Origin: Pristiophorus japonicus
Taxonomy: Eukaryota
Direction of reading: 5' to 3'
NCBI RefSeq assembly: GCF_044704955.1
Contig: NC_091985.1
Location: forward strand, 207,204,001 to 207,268,000
Length of the DNA stretch: 64,000 nucleotides
Position numbers and translations under genes: made by a program. The notes beneath the pieces were generated by a model. It had not been told where the DNA came from, ran no database searches, and saw nothing but the letters and a program-made list of their open reading frames with translations. Below are positions 22,389-35,066 of this stretch, piece by piece (positions within the stretch are counted from its first letter, which is position 1; every line of letters starts with the position of its first letter).

Positions 22389-24325
22389 ATAAATATTCTG
22401 TACCTGTTAGTCTCTGGTATGGCTGTGGGGTTAATCTGCACCTGTCAGCTGCTTTGTGAGTGTGGATTTTATTCTGTTCCTCTTGGTTCTGGTATATGAA
22501 TGTGGGTTTAATATCTAACTGTCAGTTTTTGATATGTGAATGTGAGATTTAATCTATACATATCAGTTTCTGGTATGCGAGTGTGGTCTTTAATCTGTAC
22601 CTGTCAATTTCTGATGTATGACTGTGGGGTTAATCTGGAACTGTCAGTTTCTGGTATGTGAGTGTGGGTTTCTATTCTGCAACTGTCGGTTTCTGCCATA
22701 TGTGTGTGGGTTTAATCTGTACCTGTCAGTATCTGATGTGTGAGTGTAGGTTTTAACCTGTACTTGTCAGTGTCTGGTATGTGAGTGTGGGGTGTAATCT
22801 GTACATATCAGATTCTAATATGCGAGTGGATATTTTAATCTGTACCTGTCAGTTTCTGGTATATGAGTGTAGGGTGTAATCTGTACCTGTCAGTATCTGC
22901 TATATGAGTGTGGGTTACTATTCTGTACCCGTCAGTTTCTGGTATATGAGTGCGTGTTTGTTCTGTACCTGTCAGTTTCTGATATATTAATGTGTATTTT
23001 ATTCTGTACCTGTCAGTCTCTGGTATGTGAGTGTGTTCTTTTTTTCTGTAACTGTCAGTTTATGATGTGTGAGTGTGCATTTTATTCTATACATTTCAAT
23101 CTCTGGTATGTGAGTGTGGGGTTTAATCTGTACCTACTAGTTTCTGGTATGCGAGTGTGTATTTTATTCTGTACCTGTCAGTTTCTGGTATATGAGTGTG
23201 TATTTTATTACCTGCCCATCTCTGGGATGTGAGTGTGTGTTTAATCTATACCTGTCAGTTTCTGGTATGTGAGTGTGTGTTTTAATTTGGACCTGTCAGT
23301 TTCTGGAATATGTATGTGTATTTTATTCGATACCTGTCAGTTTCTGATATGAGTGTGAGGTTTAATCTGTACCTGGCAGTTTCTGTAGGTGAGTGTGCAT
23401 GATATTCTGTACCTGTCAGTTTCTGGTATATGAGTGTGCGTTTAATCTGTACCTGTTAGTTTCTGGTATATGAGTGTGTGTTTAAATTGTACCTGTCAGT
23501 TTCTGGTAAATGAGTGTGTGTTTAATCTGTACCTGTCAGTTTCTGGTATATGAGTGTGGGTCTAACCTGTACCTGTCAGTTTCTGGTATACGAGTGTGGG
23601 TTTAATCTGTAACTGTCATTTCTGTATATGAGTGTGGGTTTTATTCTGTATCTGTCAGTTTCTGGTAAAAAAAAATGTGGGATTAATCTGTACCTGTTAG
23701 TTTCTGGTATTGGAGTGTTGGTTTTATCCCATAGCTGTCAGTTTCTGGTATGAGTGTGGGTTTAATATGTAACCATCAGTTTCTGCTAAAAAGTGTGTGG
23801 TTTAATCTGTACCTGACAGTTTCTGGTCTATGAGTGTGGGTTTTAATCTATACCTATCAGCTTCTGGTGTGCAAGTGTGGGTTTTATTCTGTATATTTCA
23901 GTATCTCGTATATGAATCTGATCTGTTTCAATGGTGAAACAGCATCGGATCCTACCGCTCCAGTGGCCGTAAGATTCACAATGTAACTCAGCCACTTCGG
24001 ATCACTGTTGGAGTGACAGCTTCTGCTGCCTGTGATAATAGGATTGAGGCCAGTTCTATGTCTCTGCGCTCTGTGAATGATAATGCACTCACTGTGAGAA
24101 GGAGCTGCTTGCACTTTTCCTTGTATTCCAGGTGAAGGAAATATCAGATTTATACTGGCTCAATGAAGTATTTTGCTTTGTGAATAATAATACCAGAAAA
24201 ATATTAGTTATGATATGGACGACTGAGGCAGAGAATATAAAATAAAGTTGTAACGAATGGAAATGTTTATAATAAAGTAAAGTATCTGGAGAGAGGAAAC
24301 CATGATACAAACAGTGTCCTTGTCA

Positions 24326-27300
24326 CAGTTAACTCGGAGACTAGGGTCCTGAACTGAAAGAAAGGTAACTTCGATGGTATGAGACGTGAATTGGCTAGGA
24401 TAGACTGGCAAATGATACTTAAAGGGTTGACGGTGGATAGGCAATGGCAGACACTTAAAGATCACATGGATGACCTTCAACAATTGTACATCCCTGTCTA
24501 GCATAAATATAAAATGGGGAAGGTGGCTCAACCGTGGCTAACAAGGGAAATTAGGGATAGTTTTAAAACCAAGGAAGAGGCATATAAATTGGCCAGAAAA
24601 AGCAGCAAACCTAAGGACTGGGAGAAATTTAGAATTCAGCAGAGAAGGACAAAGGGTTTAATTAGGAGGGGGAAAATAGCGTATGAGAGTAAGCTTGCTG
24701 GGAACATAAAAAGTGACTGAAAAAGCTTCGATAGATATGTGAAGAGAAAAAGATTAATGAAGACAAATGTAAGTCCCTTGCAGTCAGAATCAGGTGAATT
24801 TATAATGGGGAACAAAGAAATGGCAGAACAATTGACCAAATACTTCGGTTCTGTCTTCACTGAGGAAGACACAAATAACCTTTCGGAAATACTGGGGGAC
24901 CGAGGGTCTAGCAAGAAAGAGGAACTGAAGTAAATCCTGTACCATGTGGGAACTCAGGGACACTTCCGGTGTCCCTGGCGACTACGTGTGCAGGAAGTGT
25001 ATCCGCCTCGAGCTCCTGACGGTCCGCGTTGCGGAATTGGAGCTGAGGGTGGATTCACTCTGGAGCATCCACGATGCTGAGAATGACGTGAGTATCACGT
25101 GTAGTGAGTTGGTCTTACCGCAGGAGAAGGGTCCACAGCCAAATAGGGAATGGAAGACCAGCAGGAAGAGTAGTGCAAGGAAGGTAGTGCAGGGGTCCCC
25201 TGTGGTCATCCCCCTGCAAAACAGATACACCGCTTTGAGTACTGCTGGGGGGGATGACTCATCAGGGGAGGGCAGCAGCAGCCAAGTTCATGGCACCGTG
25301 GCTGGCTCTGCTGCACAGGAAGGCAGGAAAAAGAGTGGGAGCGCGATAGTGATAGGGGATTCAATGGTGAGGGGAATAGATAGACGTTTCTGCGGCCGCA
25401 ACCGAGACTCCAGGATGGTATGTTGCCTCCCTGGTGCGGGGTCAAGGATGTCTTGGAGCGGGTGCAGGACATTCTGAAATGGGAAGGAGAACAGCCAGTT
25501 GTCGTGGTGCACATTGGTACCAACGACATAGGTAAAAAAAGGGATGAGGTCCTACGAAACGAATTTAAGGAGCTAGGAGCTAAATTAAAAAGTAGGACCT
25601 CAAAAGTAGTAATCTCAGGATTGCTACCAGTGCCACGTGCTAGTCAGAGTAGGAATCGCAGGATAGCGCAGATGAATACGTGGCTTGAGCAGTGGTGCAG
25701 CAAGGAGGGATTCAAATTCCTGGGGCATTGGAACCGGTTCTGGGGGAGGTGGGACCAGTACAAACCGGACGGTCTGCGCCTGGGCAGGACCGGAACCAAT
25801 GTCCTAGGGGGAGTGTTTGCTAGTGCTGTTGGGGAGGAGTTAAACTAATATGGCAGGGGGATGGGAACCAATGCAGGGAGACAAAAAGGAGGCAAAAGCA
25901 AAAGACAGAAAGGAGATGAGGAAAAGTGGAGGGCAGAAAAGCCTAAGGCAAAGAACAAAAAGGGCCACTGTACAGCAAAATTCTAAAAGGACAAAGGGTG
26001 TTAAAAAAACAAGCCTGAAGGCTTTGTGTCTTAATGCAAGGAGTATCCGCAATAAGGTGGATGAATTAACTGTGCAAATAGACGTTAACAAATATGATGT
26101 GATTGGGATTACAGAGACGTGGCTCCAGGATGATCAGGGCTGGGAACTCAACATCCAGGGGTATTCAACATTCAGGAAGGATAGAATAAAAGGAACAGGA
26201 GGTGGGGTAGCATTGCTGGTTAAAGAGGAGATTAATGCAATAGTTAGGAAAGACATTAGCTTGGATGATGTGGAATCTATATGGGTAGAGCTGCAGAACA
26301 CCAAAGGGCAAAAAACGTTAGTGGGAGTTGTGTACAGATCTCCAAACAGTAGTAGTGATGTTGGGGAGGGCATCAAACAGGAAATTAGGGGTGCATGCAA
26401 TAAAGGTGTAGCAGTTATAATGGGTGACTTTAATATGCACATAGATTGGGCTAGCCAAACTGGAAGCAATACGGTGGAGGAGGATTTCCTGGAGTGCATC
26501 AGGGATGGTTTTCTAGACCAATATGTCGAGGAACCAACTAGGGGGGAGGCCATCTTAGACTGGGTGTTGTGTAATGAGAGAGGATTAATTAGCAATCTCA
26601 TTGTGCGAGGCCCCTTGGGGAAGAGTGACCATAATATGGTGGAATTCTGCATTAGGATGGAGAATGAAACAGTTAATTCAGAGACCATGGTCCAGAACTT
26701 AAAGAAGGGTAACTTTGAAGGTATGAGGCGTGAATTGGCTAGGATAGATTGGCGAATGATACTTAAGGGGTTGACTGTGGATGGGCAATGGCAGACATTT
26801 AGAGACCGCATGGATGAATTACAACAATTGTACGTTCCTGTCTGGCGTAAAAATAAAAAAAGGAAAGGTGGCTCAACCGTGGCTATCAAGGGAAATCAGG
26901 GATAGTATTAAAGCCAAGGAAGAGGCATACAAATTGGCCAGAAATAGCAGCGAACCCGGGGACTGGGAGAAATTTAGAACTCAGTAGAGGAGGACAAAGG
27001 GTTTGATTAGGGCAGGGAAAATGGAGTACGAGAAGAAGCTTGCAGGGAACATTAAGGCGGATTGCAAAAGTTTCTATAGGTATGTAAAGAGAAAAAGGTT
27101 AGTAAAGACAAACGTAGGTCCCCTGCAGTCAGAATCAGGGGAAGTCATAACGGGGAACAAAGAAATGGCAGACCAATCGAACAAGTACTTTGGTTCAGTA
27201 TTCACTAAGGAGGACACAAACAACCTTCCGGATATAAAAGGGGTCAGAGGGTCTAGTAAGGAGGAGGAACTGAGGGAAATCTTTCTTAGTCGGGAAATTG

Positions 27301-29978
27301 TGTTGGGGAAATTGATGGGATTGAAGGCCGAGAAATCCCCAGGGCCTGATGGACTGCATCCCAGAGTACTTAAGGAGGTGGCCTTGGAAATAGCGGATGC
27401 ATTGACAGTCATTTTCCAACATTCCATTGACTCTGGATCAGTTCCTATCGAGTGGAGGGTAGCCAATGTAACCCCACTTTTTAAAAAAGGAGGGAGAGAG
27501 AAAACGGAATTAGAGTCCGGTCAGCCTGACCTCAGTAGTGGGTAAAATGATGGAATCAATTATTAAGGATGTCATAGCAGCGCATTTGGAAAATGGTGAC
27601 ATGATAGGTCCAAGTCAGCATGGATTTATGAAAGGGAAATCATGCTTGACAAATCTTCTGGAATTTTTTGAGGATGTTTCCAGTAAAGTAGACTAAGGAG
27701 AACCAGTTGATGTTGTATATTTGGACTTTCAGAAGGCTTTCGACAAGGTCCCACACAGAGATTAATGTGCAAAGTTAAAGCACATGGGATTGGGGGTAGT
27801 GTGCTGACGTGGATTGAGAACTAGGTGTCAGATAGGAAGCAAAGAGTAGGAGTAAATGGGTACTTTTCAGAATGGCAGGCAGTGACTAGTGGGGTACCGC
27901 AAGGTTCTGTGCTGGGGCCCCAACTGTTTACATTGTACATTAATGATTTAGACGAGGGGATTAAATGTAGTATCTCCAAATTTGCGGATGACACTAAGTT
28001 GGGTGGCAATATGAGCTGCGAGGAGGATGCTATGAGGCTGCAGAGTGACTTGGATAGGTTAGGTGAGTGGGCAAATGCATGGCAGATGAAGTATAATGTG
28101 GATAAATGTGAGGTTATCCACTTTGGTGGTAAAAACAGAGAGACAGACTATTATCTGAATGGTGACAGATTAGGAAAAGGGAAGGTGCAACGAGACCTGG
28201 GTGTCATGGTACATCATTCATTGAAGGTTGGCATGCAGGTACAGCAGGCGGTTAAGAAAGCAAATGGCATGTTGGCCTTCATAGCGAGGGGATTTGAGTA
28301 CAGAGGCAGGGAGGTGTTGCTACAGTTGTACAGGGCCTTGGTGAGGCCACACCTGGAGTATTGTGTACAGTTTTGGTCTCCTAACTTGAGGAAGGACATT
28401 CTTGCTATTGAGGGAGTGCAGCGAAGATTCACCAGACTGATTCCCGGGATGGTGGGACTGACCTATCAAGAAAGACTGGATCAACTGGGCTTGTATTCAC
28501 TGGAGTTCAGAAGAATGAGAGGGGACCTGATAGAAATGTTTAAAATTCTGACGGGTTTAGACAGGTTAGAAGCAGAAAGAATGTTCCCAATGTTGGGGAA
28601 GTCCAGAACCAGGGGTCACAGTCTGAGGATAAGGGGTAAGCCATTTAGGACCGAGATGAGGAGAAACTTCTTCACCCAGAGAGTGGTGAACCTGTGGAAT
28701 TCTCTACCACAGAAAGTAGTTGAGGCCAATTCACTAAATATATTCAAAAGGGAGTTAGATGAAGTCCTTACTACTCGAGGGATCAAGGGGTATGGCGAGA
28801 AAGCAGGAGGCAGGTACTGAAGTTTCATGTTCAGCCATGAACTCGTTGAATGGCGGTGCAGGCTGGAGGGGCTGAATGGCCTGCTCCTGCACCTATTTTC
28901 TATGTTTCTAGTCAGGAAATTGTGTTAGGGAAATTGATGGGATTGAAGGCCGAGAAATCCCCAGGGCCTGACAATCTGCATCCCAGAGTACTGAAGGAAG
29001 TGGCCCTAGAAATAGTGGATGCATTGGTGGTCATTTTCCAACATTTTATAGACTCTCAATCAGTTCCTATGGATTGGAGGGTAGCTAATGTAACCCCAAT
29101 TTTTAAAAAAGGATGGAGAGAGAAAACACGGAATTATAGACCGGTTAGCCTGACATCGGTAGTGGGGAAAATGTTGAAATCAATTATTAAAGACGTAATA
29201 GCAGCGCATTTGGAAAGCAGTGACATGATCGGTCCAAGACAGCATGGATTTATGAAAGGGAAATCAGGCTTGACAAATCTTCTAGAATTTTTTGAGGATG
29301 TAACTAGTAGAGTGGACAAGGGAGAACCAGTGGATATGGTGTATTTGGACTTTCAAAAAGCTTTTGACAAGGTCCCATACAAGAGATTAGTGTGCAAAAT
29401 TAAAGCACATTGTATTGGGGCTAATATATTGACATGATAGAGAACTGGTTTGCAGACAGGAAGCAAAGAGTAGGAATGAACGGGTCCTTTTCAGAATGGC
29501 AGGCAGTGACAAGTGGGGTACCGCAAAGTTCAGTGCTGGGACCCCAGCTATTTACAATATACATTAATGATTTGGACGAAGGAATTGAATGTAATATCTC
29601 CACGTTTCCAGATGACACTAAGCTGGGTGGCAGTGTGAGCTTTGAGGCGGAAGCTAAGAGGCTGCAGAATGACTTGGACAGGTTAGGTGAGTGGGCAAAA
29701 GCATGGCAAATGCAGTAGAATGTAGATAAATGTGAAGTTATCCACTTTGGTGGCAAAAACAGAAAGGCAGAATATTATTTGAATGGTGACAGATTAGGAA
29801 AAGGGGAGGTGCAACGAGACCTGAGTGTCATGGTGCATCAGTCATTGAAAGTTGGCATGCAGGTACAGCAGGCGGTGAAGAAGGCAAATGGCATGTTAGC
29901 CTTCATAGCGAGAGGATTTGAGTATAGGAGCAGGGAGGTCTTACTGCAGTTGTACAGGGCCTTGGTGAGGCCACACCT
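24326..29978 (+). mobile_element. Outer CR1 LINE (24326-24938 and 28909-29978), split by a nested CR1
   Basis: ORF2 reads ...SSKKEELK*I| and resumes at |SQEIVLGKLMGLK, then RT motifs; degenerate. Confidence 0.85.
24939..28908 (+). mobile_element. Nested near-full-length CR1 LINE: ORF1 (Zn finger and SGNH esterase) and ORF2 (APE-RT), disrupted
   Basis: ORF1 has CRKC, GDSMVRG, VHIGTND and DGLRL. ORF2 has LNARS, ITETWL, GDFN, SDH, PQGSVLGP and KFADD. Tail TTTCTATGTTTCTA. Several frameshifts and stops. Confidence 0.95.
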
Positions 29979-30088
29979 TGGGGAGGGCATCAAACAGGAA
30001 ATTAGGGGTGCATGCAATAAAGGTGCAGCAGTTATTATGGGTGACTTTGATATGCATATAGATTGGGCTAACCAAGCTGGAAGCAATA

Positions 30089-30563
30089 CATAGAAACATA
30101 GAAAATAGGTGCAGGAGTAGGCCATTCGGCCCTTCTAGCCTGCACCGCCATTCAATGAGTTCATGGCTGAACATGCAACTTCAGTACCCCATTCCTGCTT
30201 TCTCACCATACCCCTTGATTCCCCTAGTAGTAAGGACTTCATCTAACTCCTTTTTGAATATATTTAGTGAATTGGCCTCAACAACTTTCTGTGGTAGAGA
30301 ATTCCACAGGTTCACCACTCTCTGGGTGAAGAAATTCCTCCTCATCTCGGTCCTAAATGGCTTCCCCCTTATCCTTAGACTGTGTCCCCTGGTTCTGGAC
30401 TTCCCCAACATTGGGAACATTCTTCCTGTATCTAACCTGTCTAACCCCGTCAGAATTTTAAACGTTTCTATGAGGTCCTCTCTCATTCTTCTGAACTCCA
30501 GTGAATACAAGCCCAGTTGATCCAGTCTTTCTTGATAGGTCAGACACTGTTTCTCTCTCTGGT
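30089..30563 (-). mobile_element. Short CR1 3' copy with a 20-nt non-CR1 leader
   Basis: LTYQERLDQLGLYSLEFRRMR...GYGEKAGMGY plus tail; same 5' junction as 57979-58446. Confidence 0.88.
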
Positions 30564-32460
30564 ATTAAAAGAAGTGGCTACAGAGATGGTGGCTACATTG
30601 GTTGTAATCTGCCAAAAATCCCTGGATCCTGGATTTTTGATTGGAAAACAGCAAATGTAATTCCCTTATTTAAGAAAGGAGGGAGACAGAAAGCAGGAAA
30701 CTGTTAGCCTAACATCAGTCATTGGGAAAATGCTGGAGTCCATTATTGATGAAGTAGCAGCAGGACATTTAGAAGATCATGGTACAGTCAAGCAGAGTCA
30801 GCATGGTTTTATGAAAGGGAAATCATGCTTGACAAATTTATTGGTGTTCTTTGAGGATGTAATGAGCAGGGTGGATAAAGGGGAACCAGTAGGTGTCATG
30901 TATTTGGATTTCTAGAAGGCATTCGATAAGGTGCCACATAAAAGGTTACTGCACAAGATAAGAGCTCACAGAATTGGGAGTAATATATTGACATGGATAG
31001 AGGATTGGCTAACTAACAGAAAACAGAATTGGGATAAATAGGTCATTTTCAGGTTGGCAAACTAACTAGTGGGGTGCCACAGGGATCAGTGCTGGGAACT
31101 CAACTATTTACAATCTATATTAATGACTTGGATGAAGGGACCAAGAATAATGTAGTTTAATTTGCTGATGATACAAAGATAGGTGGAAAAGCAATTTGTG
31201 AGGAAGACGCAAAGAATCTACAAAGGGATATGGATAAGCTAAGTGAGTGAGCAAAAATTTGGGAGATGGAGTATAATGTGGGAAAATGTGAGGTTATCCA
31301 CTTTGGTATGAAAAATATAAAAGCAAATTATTTAAATGGGGAAAGATTAGAAAATGCTGCAGTACAGAGGGATCTGCGGGTCCTTGTACATGAAACACAA
31401 AAAGTTAGCATGCAGGTACAGCAAGTAATTAAGAAGGCAAATGGAATGTTGGCCTCTTTTGCAAGGGGGGATGGAGTATAAAAGTAGGGAAGACCTGCTA
31501 CAACTGTACAGGGTGTTGGTGACACCACACCTGGAGTACTTTATACAGTTTTGGTCTCTTTGCATTGGAGGCAGTTCAGAGAAGGTTCACGAGGTTGATT
31601 CGTGAGATGAAGGGGTTATGAAGAAAGGTTGAGCAGTTTAGGCCTATATTCATTGGAGTTTAGAAGAATGTGAGGTGATCTTATTGAGCACAACAGTGGC
31701 AAATGGAATTCCATCCAGAGAAGTGTGAGGTAATACATTTGGGGAGGGCTAACAAGGAAAGGGAATACACATTAAATGGTAGGTCACTGAAAAGTGTAGA
31801 AGAACAAAGCAAGTGCATGTCCACAAATCCCTGAAGCTGGCAGGCCAGGTAGATAAGGTGGATAAGAAGGCATACGGAATGCTTGTTTTTATTAGCTGAG
31901 GCATAGAATACAAGAGCAGGGGTGATTATGCTTGAACTGTATAAAATACTAGTTAGGCCACAGTTCTGGTCACCGCATTACAGGAAGGATGTGATTGCAC
32001 TGGAGAGGGTACAGAGGAGATTTACGAGGATGTTGCCAGGAGTGGAGAATCTTAGCTATGAGGACAGATTGGATAGGCTGGGTTTGTTTTCCTTGAAACA
32101 GAGGAGACTGAGGTGTATAAAATTATGAGGGGCCTAGATATAGTGAATAGAAAGGGCCTATTTCCGAGCAGAGGGGTCAACAACTAGGTGCATAAATTTA
32201 AAGTAATTGGTAGAAGGTTTAGAGGTGATTTGAGGGGAGATTTCTCCACCCAGACGGTGTTGGGGGTCTGGAGCTCACTGCCTGAAAGGGTGGCTGAGGC
32301 AGAAACCCTCGCCACGTTTTAAAAAGTACTTGGATGTGCACTTGAGGCGCTGTAACCTGCGGACCTAAAGCTGGGAAGTGGGATTAGGTCGGATAGCCTC
32401 CTGTTGGCTGGCATGGACATGGCCTCCTTCTGTGCTGTAAATTTCCATGATTCTATGATT
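30564..32460 (+). mobile_element. Two adjoining degenerate CR1 fragments of different subfamilies (junction ~31688)
   Basis: QHGFMKGKSCLTNL and EYNVGKCEVIHFG, then QFWSPHYRKDVIALERVQRRFTRMLPG and the tail TTCCATGATTCTATGA. Confidence 0.85.
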
Positions 32461-32518
32461 GTCAATCTGGTGAGTAAATGATCAGAAAAATAGTCAAACT
32501 GCCCCAGGGTCACGTTGT

Positions 32519-32830
32519 TCAGCCGCCGAATCCATAGAGAGTGCGGCCCTGCCGCTTCAGAGCGTACACTATATCCATGGCTGTGACCATTTTGCGGTTG
32601 GTGTGTTCAGTGTAGGTGACCACATCCCTGATCACATTCTCCAGGAAAACCTTCAGCACCCCGCGGGTCTCCTCGTAGATCAGACCCGAGATCCACTTGA
32701 CACCGCCACAGCGATCCAGGTGGCAGATGGCAGGTTTGGTGATGCCCTGGATGTTATCACGGAGCACTTTACGGTGGTGTTTGGCTCCACCTTTACCCAG
32801 TCCTTTGCCTCCTTTACCTCGGCCAGACAT
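32519..32830 (-). pseudogene. H4: Histone H4 probable pseudogene (open frame, 11 substitutions, no stem-loop)
   Basis: R17H, R35C, R36H, A38D, R40C, R45W, A69V, A76T, K77N, T80M, V86I. The 3' flank diverges ~15 nt after the stop. The H4-type promoter is retained at 32840-33030. Confidence 0.88.
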
Positions 32831-33039
32831 CATAATTCTTCACAGGAACATAAATTGAATGATAAACTCTCGCCATCCAGATGTGTTTATGAAGCCAGCC
32901 CGGACCTGGTTGAGGAAGGCAGAGTGTGAGAGAGGCAAGGAGGAACCAGAATCAGAGTGACAGGTTGAGCAGAGACAGCAGCCTCTGAGCTTCCAGATCT
33001 GCCTCCAGACTTCACGCTCCAGCATTGAAATACTTGCCT

Positions 33040-33920
33040 GCTCCTTCCCGGTACCCTCTCCCCGCCCAGTGTTTAACCCGACGGGAAGGGCCCTTGCGAC
33101 CTCCCCTCCCCCAGCTCTGCCAGCGGCTGCCGTTTCCTCTGTGCTTGGCTGATGATCGTTGAACACATCAGGGAGCGGAGATATCCTGGGCCCGAGTAAG
33201 AGAGCAAACAGCAGCCTCCTTCCAGCAGCTCATCACATTGAGACTATGTCCGTAAATGGGCTTTGTGTCGGGGTATCGGGGGCTGTTTGTAAGAGGCAGA
33301 GTGGAGCAGGAAGTAGTTTGGGAACATGGAGTGAGTGGGGGAAGGGAGCGGAGATATCCCGGGTTGTGTGTGTACAGTGTAAGGCAACAGAGAAAGTTAA
33401 TCACCACACTCTTTCAAGTCATTGCTGCTTTCTTTCACAAATCAGTAGTAAATGTTCCTGATTCCCAATCTCACCGTGTCTGCTCTTGGACATTGAACAG
33501 TGGAAACACAGCTTGACAGTGAGGATGTGAGGAGTGTCACAAAGTGCATCTATTGAAGGCACCAAGACAGAAGTGTGAAAGTGGACATTTCAAATTTGGT
33601 AATTTTGTTTTGGTGCATTGAGTTCTCCAGAACAGTGTTGAAGGTGATCGAGAACAGGCCCTTAACTTGGTTCTCATAGACTGAGAACAATTGTGGTACA
33701 GCCCAGGTACCTGTGGATATAATCCAGAAAGCGATTCAGAATTTTACAGGTAGCCCTGTGGGAGAGGAAGTTATAAATCTCGACTGTATCAATCGGGTGA
33801 TCCCATTCATGAACCAGTGCCGGATTTGTATTGTGACTGGATGCTGATAACTTTCTATAAAACTACCCGACACAACTGGTGTGGAAAATCTGAGTGCCGC
33901 TGTACTGCAGTGAGGTCAGA
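33040..33920 (+). repeat. Unclassified repeated module, copy 1 (5' half)
   Basis: Colinear with 62390-63330 and more distantly with 59130-60310. Confidence 0.8.
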
Positions 33921-35066
33921 AACATAGAAAGTAGGTGCAGGAGTAGGTCATACGGTCCTTCGAGCCTGCACCGCCATTCAATATGATCAAGTCTGATCAT
34001 GCAACTTCAGTACCCCATTCCTGCTTTCTCTCCATACACCTTGATCCCTTTAGCCGTAAGGGCCACATCTAACTCCCTTTTGAATATATCTAACGAACAG
34101 GCCTCAACAACTTTCTGTGGTAGAGAATTCCACAGGTTCACAATTCTCTGAGCGAAGAAGTTCTCTTCTCAGTCCTAAATGGCTTATCCCTTATCCTGAG
34201 ACTGTAACCCCTGGTTCTGGACTTCCCCAACATCAGAAAATAGCTCGAGTCCCAGTACTGAGCCCTGCGGCACCCCACTAGTCACTGCCATTCTGCAAAG
34301 GACCCGTTTATCCCGACTCTGTGCTTCCTATCTGCCAACATTCTCTATCCACGTCAGTATATTACCCCCAATACCATGTGCTTTAATTTTGCACACCAAT
34401 CTCTTGTGTGGGACCTTGTCAAAAGCCTTTTGAAAGTCCAAATACACCACATCCACTGGTTCTCCCTTGTCCACTCTACCAGTTACATCCTCAAACAATT
34501 CTTAGTTAGCCATGGCTGGTTCTTCTTAAGAGTCTTTCTTTCTCACTGGAATATATCTTTGCTGAGAGTTATAAAATATCTCCTTAAATGTCTGTCACTG
34601 CTTATCTACCATCTTACCCTTCCTTTGTAATTGCCTTTATTTAAGTTCAGGGCACGAGTATGAGACCCAAGTTTCTCAGCCTCAAACTGAATTTGAAATT
34701 ATACCATGTTATGATCACTCTTCCCAAGAGGATCCTTTACTATGAGATCATTAATTACACATTACCAGATCTAAAATAGTCTGCTCCCTGGTTGGCTCCA
34801 CATCGTATTGTTCTAAGAACATCCCGAATACACTCTATGAATTCTTCCTTAAGGCTACCTTTGCCAATTTGATTTGTCCAATCAAAAAGATTAAAATCAC
34901 CCATGATTATTGCAGTATTTCTTACAAGCCTCCATGTGTTGTTGATTTATATGCTGTCCTGCAGTGTAGCTACTGTTAGGGGGCCTATAGACTACTCCTA
35001 CCAGTGATTGCTTTCCCTTATTATTTCTTATCTTGACACAAACTGGTTCTACATCTTGATCTTCTG
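33921..35066 (-). mobile_element. CR1 fragments (3' tail, RT piece, endonuclease piece)
   Basis: Reverse complements of the CR1 tail, the FQKAFDKVPH region and the VGVVYRPPNSS region. Confidence 0.8.

Larger units (their letters stand above)
20545..23910 (+). repeat. ~43-bp satellite array, interrupted by an RTE LINE
   Basis: Approximate consensus TTTAATCTGTACCTGTCAGTTTCTGGTATGTGAGTGTGGG; dozens of diverged copies at 20545-20748 and 22395-23910. Confidence 0.93.

Noticed and set aside
24944-25848. SGNH esterase-like ORF as a host gene
   Set aside because: It is the known esterase-bearing ORF1 of CR1 LINEs, directly upstream of APE-RT ORF2, and it is frameshifted.
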